IMG/VR virus record: IMGVR_UViG_3300048861_000279
Span: 1 to 32,239 of that record
Reading direction: 5' to 3' (one strand)
DNA: 32,239 nucleotides
Origin: a virus
Taxonomy: Duplodnaviria; Caudoviricetes
Shown here: in pieces, positions 23,401 to 31,788 of the stretch
How positions within the stretch are numbered: position 1 is the first letter of the stretch
How the letters are laid out: the number at the start of each line of letters is the position of its first letter
Notes under the pieces: model-generated
The model's database searches: none
Told to the model about the DNA's origin: nothing
Seen by the model: the letters and a program-made list of their open reading frames with translations, nothing else
Made by a program: the position numbers and the translations under genes

Positions 23401-26134
23401 CAACATCGTTGGTTCGCTTTCGGGCGTGACGGGCTTGGGCGGGTCGAGTGGCGTAGGCGGCGGAGATTTGTTGTCCGGCCTCGCCAGCTTCCTCGGTCTT
23501 GCCGGTGCAAGCGGCAATAACACCCCCTCGGGCACGGGTGGCGGGAACTTGGGCGGCCTGGGCACCTTGTCCAATGCCAATACCTTGTTTGGCGTTATGA
23601 AGTCCGGCTTCGGCGGAATCTCTGACACCATTGCCTCGGCCCTGGGGCATATCACGGGTGGCCTCTCGGCGGACAGCGCGGCGTCGGTCGCCAACGTGCT
23701 TGGCGGCGACAAGATAGGAAACCTAATCAGCCTCCTGGGCGGCCAGGCTGGCGGCGTGGCGCTGGACACCGCTGCCACTGCTGCTGCGACTGCGGCTCAG
23801 GCCGCTGCGGCGGCAGCAGCGTCACAGACAGCCGCCACCGCAAGCACCATGCTGATCGAGGAAGGCCTGAGCACCGCCGCGAGCGCGGCAGCGTCCACCG
23901 CGGCGACGGCAGCAGCCGGCCAGGCCGCAAGCGGCCTCGGCGCGCAGTTGGCATCCAAGCTTGTGGCGAGTTGGCCGGTGGCGCTGGCCTACGCGATCTG
24001 GCAGAACGACAAAATGTACAAGGACGGCGTCCGATACAAAGACATGGACGTGACCGGCGTTGGTTCGGTGGTCAACGCGCCCATGAAGTTCGTCGATGAC
24101 ACGCTGAACAAGATCGGCCTGAGCGGCCGCGTCGCTAACCTGCTTTCCGGCCTGGCGATCTCCGCGATGGTCTGGGGCAAGAACGGTATGTTCGGCGGCG
24201 AGACACGCTATGGCTCGGGCCCTTACGTGGGGTATTCGACCGACAACCAGGTGCAGGGAGAGGGCGGCCCGTCCGGCGGTGACCCGAACCTCGAAAGCAC
24301 CAAAGCCATGGTGCAGAAGAATTATGACAACAGTCGCGACCTGATTACCGCCCTGGGCGGCACGGCCGACGCGCTCTACATGTTCAACGACTGGGAGCTG
24401 TCCCCGAAGAAAGGGAATTCCTTCGTGCGCTCGGTGGTGCGCAACGATGCCGGCGACGGCGGGCCCGACTTCGATAACCGCATCGATCTGGACACCAAAG
24501 ACTACGCCGACGTGATGGCGGCGTATGTGACCGAAATGAAGCGGTCGATGCTTGCGGCGGTCGCCAATTCGAACGTTAGCTCTGTCTATAAAGACTATCT
24601 CGCCAACAACGGCGATCTGAAAACCGCTGACGATGCGACCCTCACGGGCCTGATGGCTGGCATCCAGAAGATCCAAGCTTTCAGCGTTGCTTTGAAGGAA
24701 TTGCCGTTCGCCAACATGCGCGATCTGACGCTGGACGCGGCAATGTCGCTGGCGAACTTCATGGGCGGTCTGGACAAGTTCCAGACCTCGATGGATTCGT
24801 ATTTCAACAACTATTACTCGGACTCGGAAAAGTTCAACAAGCTGACCACCGATATGACGCGCCAGTTTGCGAATATCGGGCTGGATCTTCCGACGAGCAA
24901 GGCGCAGTTCCGCCAGATGGCGGAAGCGCTCGACCTGTCCACCAAGTCCGGGCGCGACACGTATGTCGCCATGATGAACCTGCAGCAGGGGTTCTCCGAT
25001 TACGAGGGCACCGTGGCGAGCGTGGCCGACGCGATCACGCAGGCCGCGCAGCAGCAACAGGCCGCGTCTGACCAGTTGCGCCAGTCGATGACCGGCGACA
25101 TCCAGGCAGCTTACGACCGCGAGTCGTCGGCCCTGCAGGACCGGATCAGCAATATGGAAGCGTTCATCGACACGCTGAACAAGCTGAAAGATTCATTGAA
25201 CCTGGGCGATCTGTCGCCCCTGAGCCCAGAGCAGAAGCTGGCCGAGGCGAAACGCCAGTACGAATCCACGCTGGCCGCCGCGAAGGGCGGCGACGAGGGC
25301 GCGCAGGGCGATCTCGCCACCGCGGCGCAGAACTATTTGGACGCGTCCAAGGGCTGGAACGCATCGAGCGAGGCCTATGCCGCCACGTTCAACCAGGTGC
25401 AATCGGATATTGCCGGCCTGCAAGGTTCGACCGAGACGGCACTGAGCGTTGCCAAGCAGCAGCTGGACGAGATGAAAAAGCAGGTAGACGGCATTTTGAA
25501 GCTGAACGATAGCGTGCTGTCGCTGGCTGATGCCCTGGCGGCGTTCGGGAATGCCTTCGGTGGCGGTAACGCCTACATGGCGGCCAACCCGGACGTGTAT
25601 GCGGCCTATCAGAAGGACTCCGGCGGCCTGACGCCTGACCAATACGCCGCCTACCATTACTCGACCTACGGCGCGGGCGAAGGGCGCGGCCAGGCCGGCA
25701 CCGGTTCCTCGATGACTCCGGAGCAGCTTTATCTGGTCAATAACCCGGACGTGGCGGCCGCCTATCGCGCCGGCAACGGCGGCGGTATGACGCCCGAAGA
25801 GTACGCGGACTATCACTACGCCGTTTACGGCGTGGGCGAGGGCCGCTCATTCGCGGTGGGCACCAATTTTGTGCCCAACGACATGACGGCGCAGATCCAC
25901 AAGGGCGAGCGCATCATCCCGGCGGCCGATAACCGCATGCTCATGGATCGGCTGCAGGGCCCGAATGACATGGCCGATGTGAAGAAACTGCTGGCGTCCC
26001 TGGGCGCGAAGGTGGACCAGACGAATTCCCGCCTGGACGCCCAGATCGTGCAGCAGGCCGCCATCGCGGATAAGGACACCGGCGAGCACAAAGAGCTTGT
26101 GGCCACCGCGCGTAAATCGGCTTTGGTGGGGTAG
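20465..26134 (+). CDS. Tail tape measure protein, lambda-family N-terminal part, ~1890 aa
   Basis: Ala-rich helical; PAQFTDIIVSLQGGQKPLTVLLQQGGQLKDMFGG; C-terminal FAVGTNFVP..MTAQIHKGERI. Confidence 0.95.
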   Translation: MTEGRKIQVEVGVGAQGAREGAEEVKQVVGSMAQSVVESGKRASKAMDGIGAGSEAAAKKLDRDTRTMVASIQRATVAAEAGERGTRKFFETVAASKNIGAGALDPYISQLEAVRAKQAELDRASRDAATASAFVGGLRDQIAALREQAAMYGKSADEVLRYKAAQAGAGSEAGPLIAQLQSLRTAHEAVTNAARAEAVAERDAAQASTKRGDFVASLKSQSDAIGKTRADLLQMQAAQLGVSDAAAPYIARLRDADKGTAKLGMSAAATAAAMRNVPAQFTDIIVSLQGGQKPLTVLLQQGGQLKDMFGGVGSAFKAMGTYLLGLVNPFTVVAAAVAAVGYVLLSGEDKTLGFNRALLETGNAAGLTAQRMGDMSKAIAASANVTQGAASSALTQVVSSGQIAATSILTVSEAAASMEKATGLSVDKTIDIFKKLSDEPTKASAALNEQYHYLTASVYEQIKALEQQGDKTGAVTLATNAYAGAIAERTPKILENLSRVERAWNAIKEATSNASATVGKFLPGDGGLSSQIATMQEGIKNMEARAKGPAGLNDDGKARLERAKTTLAFYQEQQGILTINASLEAKAARDNATAIAQSGVRESYLSARKGDTLASSLKAEDVEYKKALGGLQAGEKGYDDLVAAHNAKVAKINEQFRDKKGEASGASNASAYAQQVSGIKAQIDAEDQLIASLREHGAAAEKVSAGDKLVAQIQQQMELSVQTRSGKQTDAQLKVLLGLAQELAARDKVSAALEKQIALDKDYQGFQDKNAQGLQSLKDSLREQTDLLGKSGQARTIAAAQSKIMRDAEALLDAERKKGLPVAQEQIDRINDEAAATSKATAALMGKIQAQQGAQELLEANKKFAADSILDETDRAKALVEIDADTWRERIRLAGDGTAEQKALSDQFNTYYANQLAKPHIDEAKKMLTDIDNIFQQSFVDMTNGGKSTWATFTKSLSTTFKTMVANEIYKAFLKPIVVNIVGSLSGVTGLGGSSGVGGGDLLSGLASFLGLAGASGNNTPSGTGGGNLGGLGTLSNANTLFGVMKSGFGGISDTIASALGHITGGLSADSAASVANVLGGDKIGNLISLLGGQAGGVALDTAATAAATAAQAAAAAAASQTAATASTMLIEEGLSTAASAAASTAATAAAGQAASGLGAQLASKLVASWPVALAYAIWQNDKMYKDGVRYKDMDVTGVGSVVNAPMKFVDDTLNKIGLSGRVANLLSGLAISAMVWGKNGMFGGETRYGSGPYVGYSTDNQVQGEGGPSGGDPNLESTKAMVQKNYDNSRDLITALGGTADALYMFNDWELSPKKGNSFVRSVVRNDAGDGGPDFDNRIDLDTKDYADVMAAYVTEMKRSMLAAVANSNVSSVYKDYLANNGDLKTADDATLTGLMAGIQKIQAFSVALKELPFANMRDLTLDAAMSLANFMGGLDKFQTSMDSYFNNYYSDSEKFNKLTTDMTRQFANIGLDLPTSKAQFRQMAEALDLSTKSGRDTYVAMMNLQQGFSDYEGTVASVADAITQAAQQQQAASDQLRQSMTGDIQAAYDRESSALQDRISNMEAFIDTLNKLKDSLNLGDLSPLSPEQKLAEAKRQYESTLAAAKGGDEGAQGDLATAAQNYLDASKGWNASSEAYAATFNQVQSDIAGLQGSTETALSVAKQQLDEMKKQVDGILKLNDSVLSLADALAAFGNAFGGGNAYMAANPDVYAAYQKDSGGLTPDQYAAYHYSTYGAGEGRGQAGTGSSMTPEQLYLVNNPDVAAAYRAGNGGGMTPEEYADYHYAVYGVGEGRSFAVGTNFVPNDMTAQIHKGERIIPAADNRMLMDRLQGPNDMADVKKLLASLGAKVDQTNSRLDAQIVQQAAIADKDTGEHKELVATARKSALVG

Positions 26135-26136
26135 GC

Positions 26137-27603
26137 ATGGCAACTTCACTGGAAATCACGGGCCTGCGGCTTGCCACGGGCGCGGTGGAGAAGTTTTACT
26201 TCGCCACCCATGGGTACACCACCACGCCCAGCGACACGCCGCCCAACGTCTATTTTGAGCCGCGCGTTACGACCGCGCCGGCGCTGGGCCGGGTCATATT
26301 CGACTCGGCGGCGGTGTATGGCGCCAGCCGCGCCACGATTGGCAGCGCGGAGCTGATAAACGCGGACGGCGCGCTCGACTTCCTGCTGACCGATTTTGCG
26401 TTCGAGGGTCGACCTTTCGTCGTGAAGTCGGGCGATTGGGCGGACGGCTATGCCGCCTGGACAGTGGTGATGAGCGGCAAGCTCGGCAAGCCCAGCGCGG
26501 ACCGTAGCGCGGTGTCGTTCGAGATCCGCGATCGCCTCGTGGATCTGGACACGTGGACGCGCCCGACCTACGCCGGCACGAACGTGTTGCCGGCCGGGCT
26601 TGAGGGCACGGCCGCCGACTTGAAGGGCCAGACCAAGCCGCGCGGCTATGGCCGCAATTTCAACGTCACGCCAAAGCTGGCGAATACGGCCCGGTTGATC
26701 TTCCAGGTGAGCGATCAAGCCGGGACGGTCACGGCCGCCTACGACTTGGGCGTTTCGCTCACGCGCGACCCTGATTACGCCAGCCTGGCGGACCTGGAGG
26801 CGACCGCGCCGGCCGCCGGCCACTTCAAGTGTTTCCAGGGCTATTTCCGCGTCGGCAGCAGCCCGAGCACGATTACCTGCGATTTCGAAACCGCAGAACT
26901 GCGCGCCACGTATTTGCTTCGCCAGATCGCCCTCGACGCGGGGATCCCGGCGCCGGATATCTCGGCCGACGTGCTGCCCAACTCAGCGCCCGTGGGCGTC
27001 TACGCGGACGGCGACGCCACGCCGCGCCAGCTGATGGACATGATCGCCGCATCCGTAGGCGCTTGGTACCTGTTCGATCGTTTGAACAAGCTGCGCATGG
27101 GCGTGCTGGTCGCACCCGCCGGCGCTCCGGTACAGACATGGGACAACAGCACGCAGACCTCGCTCGAGGTGAAAGAACTGATCGCACCGGCGTGGAGTGT
27201 CACGGTTCGCTATGGCAAGAACTGGACCGTGCAAACGCAGCTGAACACGTCGGTGTCGACGACGCCGCGCGCCGGGTTCCTGGCGGAAGAGTTCCGTTCC
27301 GCGAAGGTCGAGGACGCCACGATAAAGACGGCCTGGCCGAACGCAGAAGAACTGAGCTTTGACACCTATCTCACCACCGAGGCCGACGCGCAGGCCCTGG
27401 CCGCCGCGTTATTCGCGCTGCACAAGGTGCCGCGCATGTTGCTGAGCGCCACCGTGCCGGCATCCGAGCTTGGGGCGGCAGATCTCGGTCTCGTGGCGGG
27501 CATCAACACCACCCGGTACGGCCTGGCTGGCAAGCCGTTGGTGGTGACCGGCATGGACCCTGGCGCCGGGCCGCAAATTTGTGAATTGGCGTTATGGGGG
27601 TGA
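26137..27603 (+). CDS. Tail tip / hub-like structural protein
   Basis: Directly after TMP; beta-rich; KPRGYG motif; function inferred from synteny. Confidence 0.75.
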   Translation: MATSLEITGLRLATGAVEKFYFATHGYTTTPSDTPPNVYFEPRVTTAPALGRVIFDSAAVYGASRATIGSAELINADGALDFLLTDFAFEGRPFVVKSGDWADGYAAWTVVMSGKLGKPSADRSAVSFEIRDRLVDLDTWTRPTYAGTNVLPAGLEGTAADLKGQTKPRGYGRNFNVTPKLANTARLIFQVSDQAGTVTAAYDLGVSLTRDPDYASLADLEATAPAAGHFKCFQGYFRVGSSPSTITCDFETAELRATYLLRQIALDAGIPAPDISADVLPNSAPVGVYADGDATPRQLMDMIAASVGAWYLFDRLNKLRMGVLVAPAGAPVQTWDNSTQTSLEVKELIAPAWSVTVRYGKNWTVQTQLNTSVSTTPRAGFLAEEFRSAKVEDATIKTAWPNAEELSFDTYLTTEADAQALAAALFALHKVPRMLLSATVPASELGAADLGLVAGINTTRYGLAGKPLVVTGMDPGAGPQICELALWG

Positions 27604-27604
27604 T

Positions 27605-28462
27605 GTGGCAAACGTGACTTTTATTTATCCCTGCATCTCGGATCAAGCGACGCTGACCCCGGGCGGCGCGCCGTGGCAAATGCCGCTGGCCGCCATGCAG
27701 GACCGCCGGCTGTCGAAGGTGGCGCGCTCCGCCAGCGCGTCTCTGGCAGATGCGTCGTTCAACGTCGACTTGGGCCGCTTGCGCACGATCGGCGGCGTCT
27801 CGATGGTGCGCAACAACCTTTCTTTGGTCGGCCGGTGGCGCGTGCGCATCGCCAACAGCGCGGACATGGCCGCTCCGCTCTACGACAGCGGCTGGCTGGA
27901 AGGGTGGGGCCGGGTCTATCCGTTCGGCACGCTTCCGTGGGGTTCGCCCAATTGGTGGAACGGCAAGATGACCGAGGCCGAGCGCGCTACCTACCCGGGT
28001 CTCATGCTCGCCCTGCTGCCTATGCCCGTTGTCGGGCGATACCTGCGCGTCGAGGTAGACGACACGACGAACCCGGCCGGCTATATCGAGTTCGGCCGGC
28101 TGTTCGTGGGCGAGGTGTGGAGCCCGGAATACAACGCATCGTCGGGCGCCTCAATCCAGTGGAACACCGCTACCACGGTCGAAACGGCTATCGACGGTAC
28201 CGAATATCCGGATCGGCGTGAAGGGCTGCGCTCCTTTTCCTTTTCGCTGGAGCGGCTCAGCACGGCGGAGGCATACGCCCGAGTCTTCGAGATGCAGCGA
28301 ACGCTGGGGATCGACGGCCAGCTGATTTTCCTAAAGAACCCGGCCGACAAGGTGAACGCACTGCGCATTTCATTCCTGGGGACGATCAAGACCCCAAGCC
28401 CAATCTCAAACCCCTATTTCGACGTTCACACCGCCGCCTTTGAAATAAAGGAATCTCGATGA
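27605..28462 (+). CDS. Tail structural protein (possible distal-tail-like with an N-terminal beta-sandwich)
   Basis: GTG start after GGGG; GRYLRVEVDD..NPAGYIEFGRLFVG; coupled to the next gene. Confidence 0.7.
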   Translation: MANVTFIYPCISDQATLTPGGAPWQMPLAAMQDRRLSKVARSASASLADASFNVDLGRLRTIGGVSMVRNNLSLVGRWRVRIANSADMAAPLYDSGWLEGWGRVYPFGTLPWGSPNWWNGKMTEAERATYPGLMLALLPMPVVGRYLRVEVDDTTNPAGYIEFGRLFVGEVWSPEYNASSGASIQWNTATTVETAIDGTEYPDRREGLRSFSFSLERLSTAEAYARVFEMQRTLGIDGQLIFLKNPADKVNALRISFLGTIKTPSPISNPYFDVHTAAFEIKESR

Positions 28463-29193
28463 CCACGCAGGTGACATTCCCCAACGGGAACAAATACAGC
28501 ACGGATGGCAGTAGCCCGCACGACATGCAGGGCTACGGCTACACCGAAAACCTGCTGGCGCTCGCGGAAGATCAGATCAGCATGGCCGCGCAGATCGTGC
28601 TCGACAAGGAGGCGGCCGCCGCCTCGGTGGCTGACGCGGCGGAGCAAGTGGGCCTGGCGGAAGACGCGGTAACTGCCGCCGAGCTATCCGAAGCGCACGC
28701 GGAGAATTCCGCCGTTGATGCGCTGGCGAGCAAGAACGCGGCCGCCGGGAGCGCAGCAGATGCCGACACTTCCGCCGCCGATGCTGATACCGCCAGGATC
28801 GCAGCCGAAGCAGCGGCCGAGGCAGCCATCGGCGTGGGCATCAACGATACCGGTACTGGCATCGGCGTGACCGGCCAGGCCCGGTCGGCTGACTATCTGG
28901 CGAAGGACCACACGCCGGCCGTGCTGACGAGTAATCAGACCGTGGTGGCGGGCAATGGGTACCCGATGGATACCACGGCGGGCGCGCTCAGCCTGACGCT
29001 GCCCGCTGGCGCGGATGGCAACAAATTTTGGGTGGAGGACATGGGGGGCAAGTCAGCGACCAACGCCATCGCCCTCATTCCAAACGGCACAAACAAAATT
29101 TGCGGGGTCAACGACACGGTGACGATCACCATTCCATACGTTCGCCTCTGCTTCGTCTTCAAAGCTTCTATCAATGGGTGGGTTCTCGCATGA
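28459..29193 (+). CDS. Tail fibre-like protein with Ala-rich coiled coil and C-terminal DTTAGA..LTLP domain
   Basis: ATGA coupling; Ala-rich stalk; C-terminal motif typical of phage fibre proteins. Confidence 0.7.
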   Translation: MTTQVTFPNGNKYSTDGSSPHDMQGYGYTENLLALAEDQISMAAQIVLDKEAAAASVADAAEQVGLAEDAVTAAELSEAHAENSAVDALASKNAAAGSAADADTSAADADTARIAAEAAAEAAIGVGINDTGTGIGVTGQARSADYLAKDHTPAVLTSNQTVVAGNGYPMDTTAGALSLTLPAGADGNKFWVEDMGGKSATNAIALIPNGTNKICGVNDTVTITIPYVRLCFVFKASINGWVLA

Positions 29194-30368
29194 CAACTAC
29201 GCTTCTTTCTCTTCTGGGTGGCTCGCAGGCCGCCAACCCGTTGATAGTGTTTAACGCAAGTGGCACGTTCACTCCGTTGGTCACTGGTGTTTACGATGTT
29301 TACGTCCTGGGCGGTGGTGGTAGCGGGGGTGTTGCGTCTGTTGGAAACAACAGCACTATTCCCGTTTTCGCCGGTGGTGGCGGTGCCGGTGGATGGGCTA
29401 AAAAACGCGTGACTTTAACCGCGAATATCACCTACACGCTTATGGTTGGCGGCGGTGGCTTGTCTAAAGTTGTGGTTGGAACGAGTAGCCAAACATTTTC
29501 GCCTGGAGCTAGCGGTGGGCAAAGCTCTGTGAGTGGAACCGGATTTACCACCATTAGCGCAAACGGCGGTGCAGGTGGTGTGACAACCTTAGTTGCCAGC
29601 ACGGCGCTAGCGGGCGCGGCGGGTGGGACAGCGACTAACGGCGATGTCAACGTTACCGGTGGGGCCGGTGGTGGCGTGGTTGCGGGAATAATACCTGGTA
29701 GCACCGCTCACGCTGCCAGTGGCGGCGGTGCCCCAGGGGTTTTGGGAACGGGTCGAAGCGCAGGAAATATAGGGGCTAATCTCGCCGTTACAGGCGGGGC
29801 CGGGGCGGGCGGAAATAGCACCAGTGCGGGTGGGGCTGGCCTTCCTACCGTGGGAGGTGGAGGCGGGGCTGGTGGATCTTCTACTGGGACTGTTTACATG
29901 GTCGATAATACTTGCGGTGCAGGTGGCCCTGACATTTTCGGTAGCTACCAATTTGTGCCAGTTATCCGAGATACCGAACATGCTTTCGGGTCTGCAAATA
30001 TTGCCCCTAACGCACTTGAATCTATATTCAGCTTAACAGCTGGCGGCGGTCCGGGCCTGTTGATAACTCTGAATTTTGACGCTTTTGTTTTGAAAAAACG
30101 ATTGCCGCCGGGCAGTGGCAGCGGAGGCGTACAGGTCAATGCAGCGATGGCATCTTTGGATGTACCGAGAAGTCAAAACTCTGGCCTTTTTGCGGGTACG
30201 GGTGGAGTCGTTATTGCTGCTGGCCTTAACTCATTAGCGCGGTCTGGCGATGCTGGTGCCGGTGGGGGGAGCGGCGGTTGTGCAAATTACAACCCCGGCG
30301 GCAATGGCTCAACATGTACCAGCGGCTTCGGTGGCAACGGTCTTATCGTTCTTCAAAAGGTGGCGTGA
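29190..30368 (+). CDS. Glycine-rich tail fibre / receptor-binding-like protein
   Basis: ATG at 29190; SGTFTP..TGVYDVYVLGGGGSGG, GGGGAGG repeats, C-terminal GGNGLIVL; lower GC. Confidence 0.78.
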   Translation: MTTTLLSLLGGSQAANPLIVFNASGTFTPLVTGVYDVYVLGGGGSGGVASVGNNSTIPVFAGGGGAGGWAKKRVTLTANITYTLMVGGGGLSKVVVGTSSQTFSPGASGGQSSVSGTGFTTISANGGAGGVTTLVASTALAGAAGGTATNGDVNVTGGAGGGVVAGIIPGSTAHAASGGGAPGVLGTGRSAGNIGANLAVTGGAGAGGNSTSAGGAGLPTVGGGGGAGGSSTGTVYMVDNTCGAGGPDIFGSYQFVPVIRDTEHAFGSANIAPNALESIFSLTAGGGPGLLITLNFDAFVLKKRLPPGSGSGGVQVNAAMASLDVPRSQNSGLFAGTGGVVIAAGLNSLARSGDAGAGGGSGGCANYNPGGNGSTCTSGFGGNGLIVLQKVA

Positions 30369-30805
30369 TGTCTCAACGATTTGAAGTACTGGATGAAGAT
30401 GGAAACGTCGCAAACGTTGTGATCGCTGATGCGGAAACCATGGCGCTGATTTTTCCTGATACGCCGTATCGTGAGCAAGTGTTCGAAGCGCCGGAGGTTG
30501 TGCCGTTGACCTGGGACAATGCACCGGCCGAGTATTGGTGGATCAGCCCCGGGGCATTTCGCGACCGCTTCGGCGCGGCGAAGCTGGCGGTGCTCATGAG
30601 CCAGAACCCGGTGGCTATGGCTTTGCGCGAGGACGCGGCCGACCGCGATTACATCGACCTCAAGCGCGCCGACATGCCGCAGCTGATCGCGGCGCTCGCC
30701 GGCGTGGTGCCGGAAGTCACCGCCGACATTCAGGAAGCCATCCAGCACGCGCCCACGACGGAGCTTGAACGCTTCGTGAAGGGCCTGCCGCAACCCTCCG
30801 AATAG
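30368..30805 (+). CDS. Small protein after the fibre gene (possible fibre assembly chaperone)
   Basis: TGATG coupling; VLDEDGNVANVVIAD; ISPGAFRDRF. Confidence 0.7.
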   Translation: MSQRFEVLDEDGNVANVVIADAETMALIFPDTPYREQVFEAPEVVPLTWDNAPAEYWWISPGAFRDRFGAAKLAVLMSQNPVAMALREDAADRDYIDLKRADMPQLIAALAGVVPEVTADIQEAIQHAPTTELERFVKGLPQPSE

Positions 30806-30827
30806 CGTCACACGCCCCGCCATCCAT

Positions 30828-30850
30828 GCCCGCCTTGAGCGGGCTTTTTT
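30828..30850 (+). terminator. Terminator-like hairpin before the lysis cassette
   Basis: GCCCGC-cttga-GCGGGC-TTTTTT. Confidence 0.7.
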
Positions 30851-30865
30851 ACGCCTGGAGCAAAC

Positions 30866-31396
30866 ATGCTGAAGGAAGATTTTGCGAAGGCCGCTGGCCT
30901 CTCGCCGGCTCTGGCTGATCGCTGGTACGACCCGGTTGAGCGCGCCATGATGGAGTTCGCCATTGTGTCACCCGCGCGCGCCTCGGCGTTCATCGCGCAG
31001 TGCGGCCACGAAAGCGCCGGCTTCACGACCGCGCGCGAGATATGGGGGCCGACGCCGGCGCAATCTCGGTATGAGGGCCGCGCCGACCTAGGCAACGTCC
31101 ACCCGGGCGATGGCAGCCGGTATCGGGGGCGCGGCCTGATCCAGATTACCGGCGCCGGCAATTACGCAGCGGCCTCGATCGCCCTGGACGTCGATTACCT
31201 GGCCGACCCGGAATATCTGGAGCGGCCGGCCGACGCCGCGCGCGCAAGCGCCTGGTGGTGGAATGCGCACGGCTGCAACGAATTGGCCGACAGCGGCGAC
31301 TTCGAGGCGCTGACGCGGCGCATCAATGGCGGGCTCAACGGCTACGACGATCGCAGACAGCGATGGGAAACGGCCAAGGCCGTGCTGGGGGCGTGA
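30866..31396 (+). CDS. Endolysin, glycoside hydrolase family 19
   Basis: FIAQCGHESAGF, DGSRYRGRGLIQITG..NY, TRRINGGLNG. Confidence 0.93.
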   Translation: MLKEDFAKAAGLSPALADRWYDPVERAMMEFAIVSPARASAFIAQCGHESAGFTTAREIWGPTPAQSRYEGRADLGNVHPGDGSRYRGRGLIQITGAGNYAAASIALDVDYLADPEYLERPADAARASAWWWNAHGCNELADSGDFEALTRRINGGLNGYDDRRQRWETAKAVLGA

Positions 31397-31788
31397 TGGA
31401 ACAGATGAGCCTCAGCGAGATCATCGGGTATCTGCTGGTGGCGGTCGCCGGCGGCGGGGCAGTTTGGAAAGCCTTGCCGCTGTTCCTGGGCAAGCTCACG
31501 GCAGCGATCGGCAACGTTCATGCCGAGAAAGACATGATCGATCGGCTGTCCACCCAGTTGGACAAAGCCAACGAGCGCGCGGAGGCGGCCGAGAAGTGGG
31601 CCAACGATGCATTCAAGGAACGGAACGATTTGCTGCGCGAGCTTGGCCAAGTCAGTGCCCAGCTTGCCGGCCTGACCGAGCGGCTAACGCTGCAAAGCCA
31701 GACGATCGAGCGGCAGAACACGGAGATGGCGAGCATGAAAGACGAAATCAAATCCCTGCGGGAGGCGGTCAATGGCAAGGTTACTTGA
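31396..31788 (+). CDS. Single-TM coiled-coil membrane protein (holin-like candidate)
   Basis: N-terminal hydrophobic IIGYLLVAVAGGGAVW followed by a long coiled coil; coupled to the endolysin. Confidence 0.6.
   Translation: MEQMSLSEIIGYLLVAVAGGGAVWKALPLFLGKLTAAIGNVHAEKDMIDRLSTQLDKANERAEAAEKWANDAFKERNDLLRELGQVSAQLAGLTERLTLQSQTIERQNTEMASMKDEIKSLREAVNGKVT

Noticed and set aside
29190-30368. Possible diversity-generating retroelement or invertible fibre system
   Set aside because: No reverse transcriptase, template/variable repeat pair, invertase or flanking inverted repeats seen in the window
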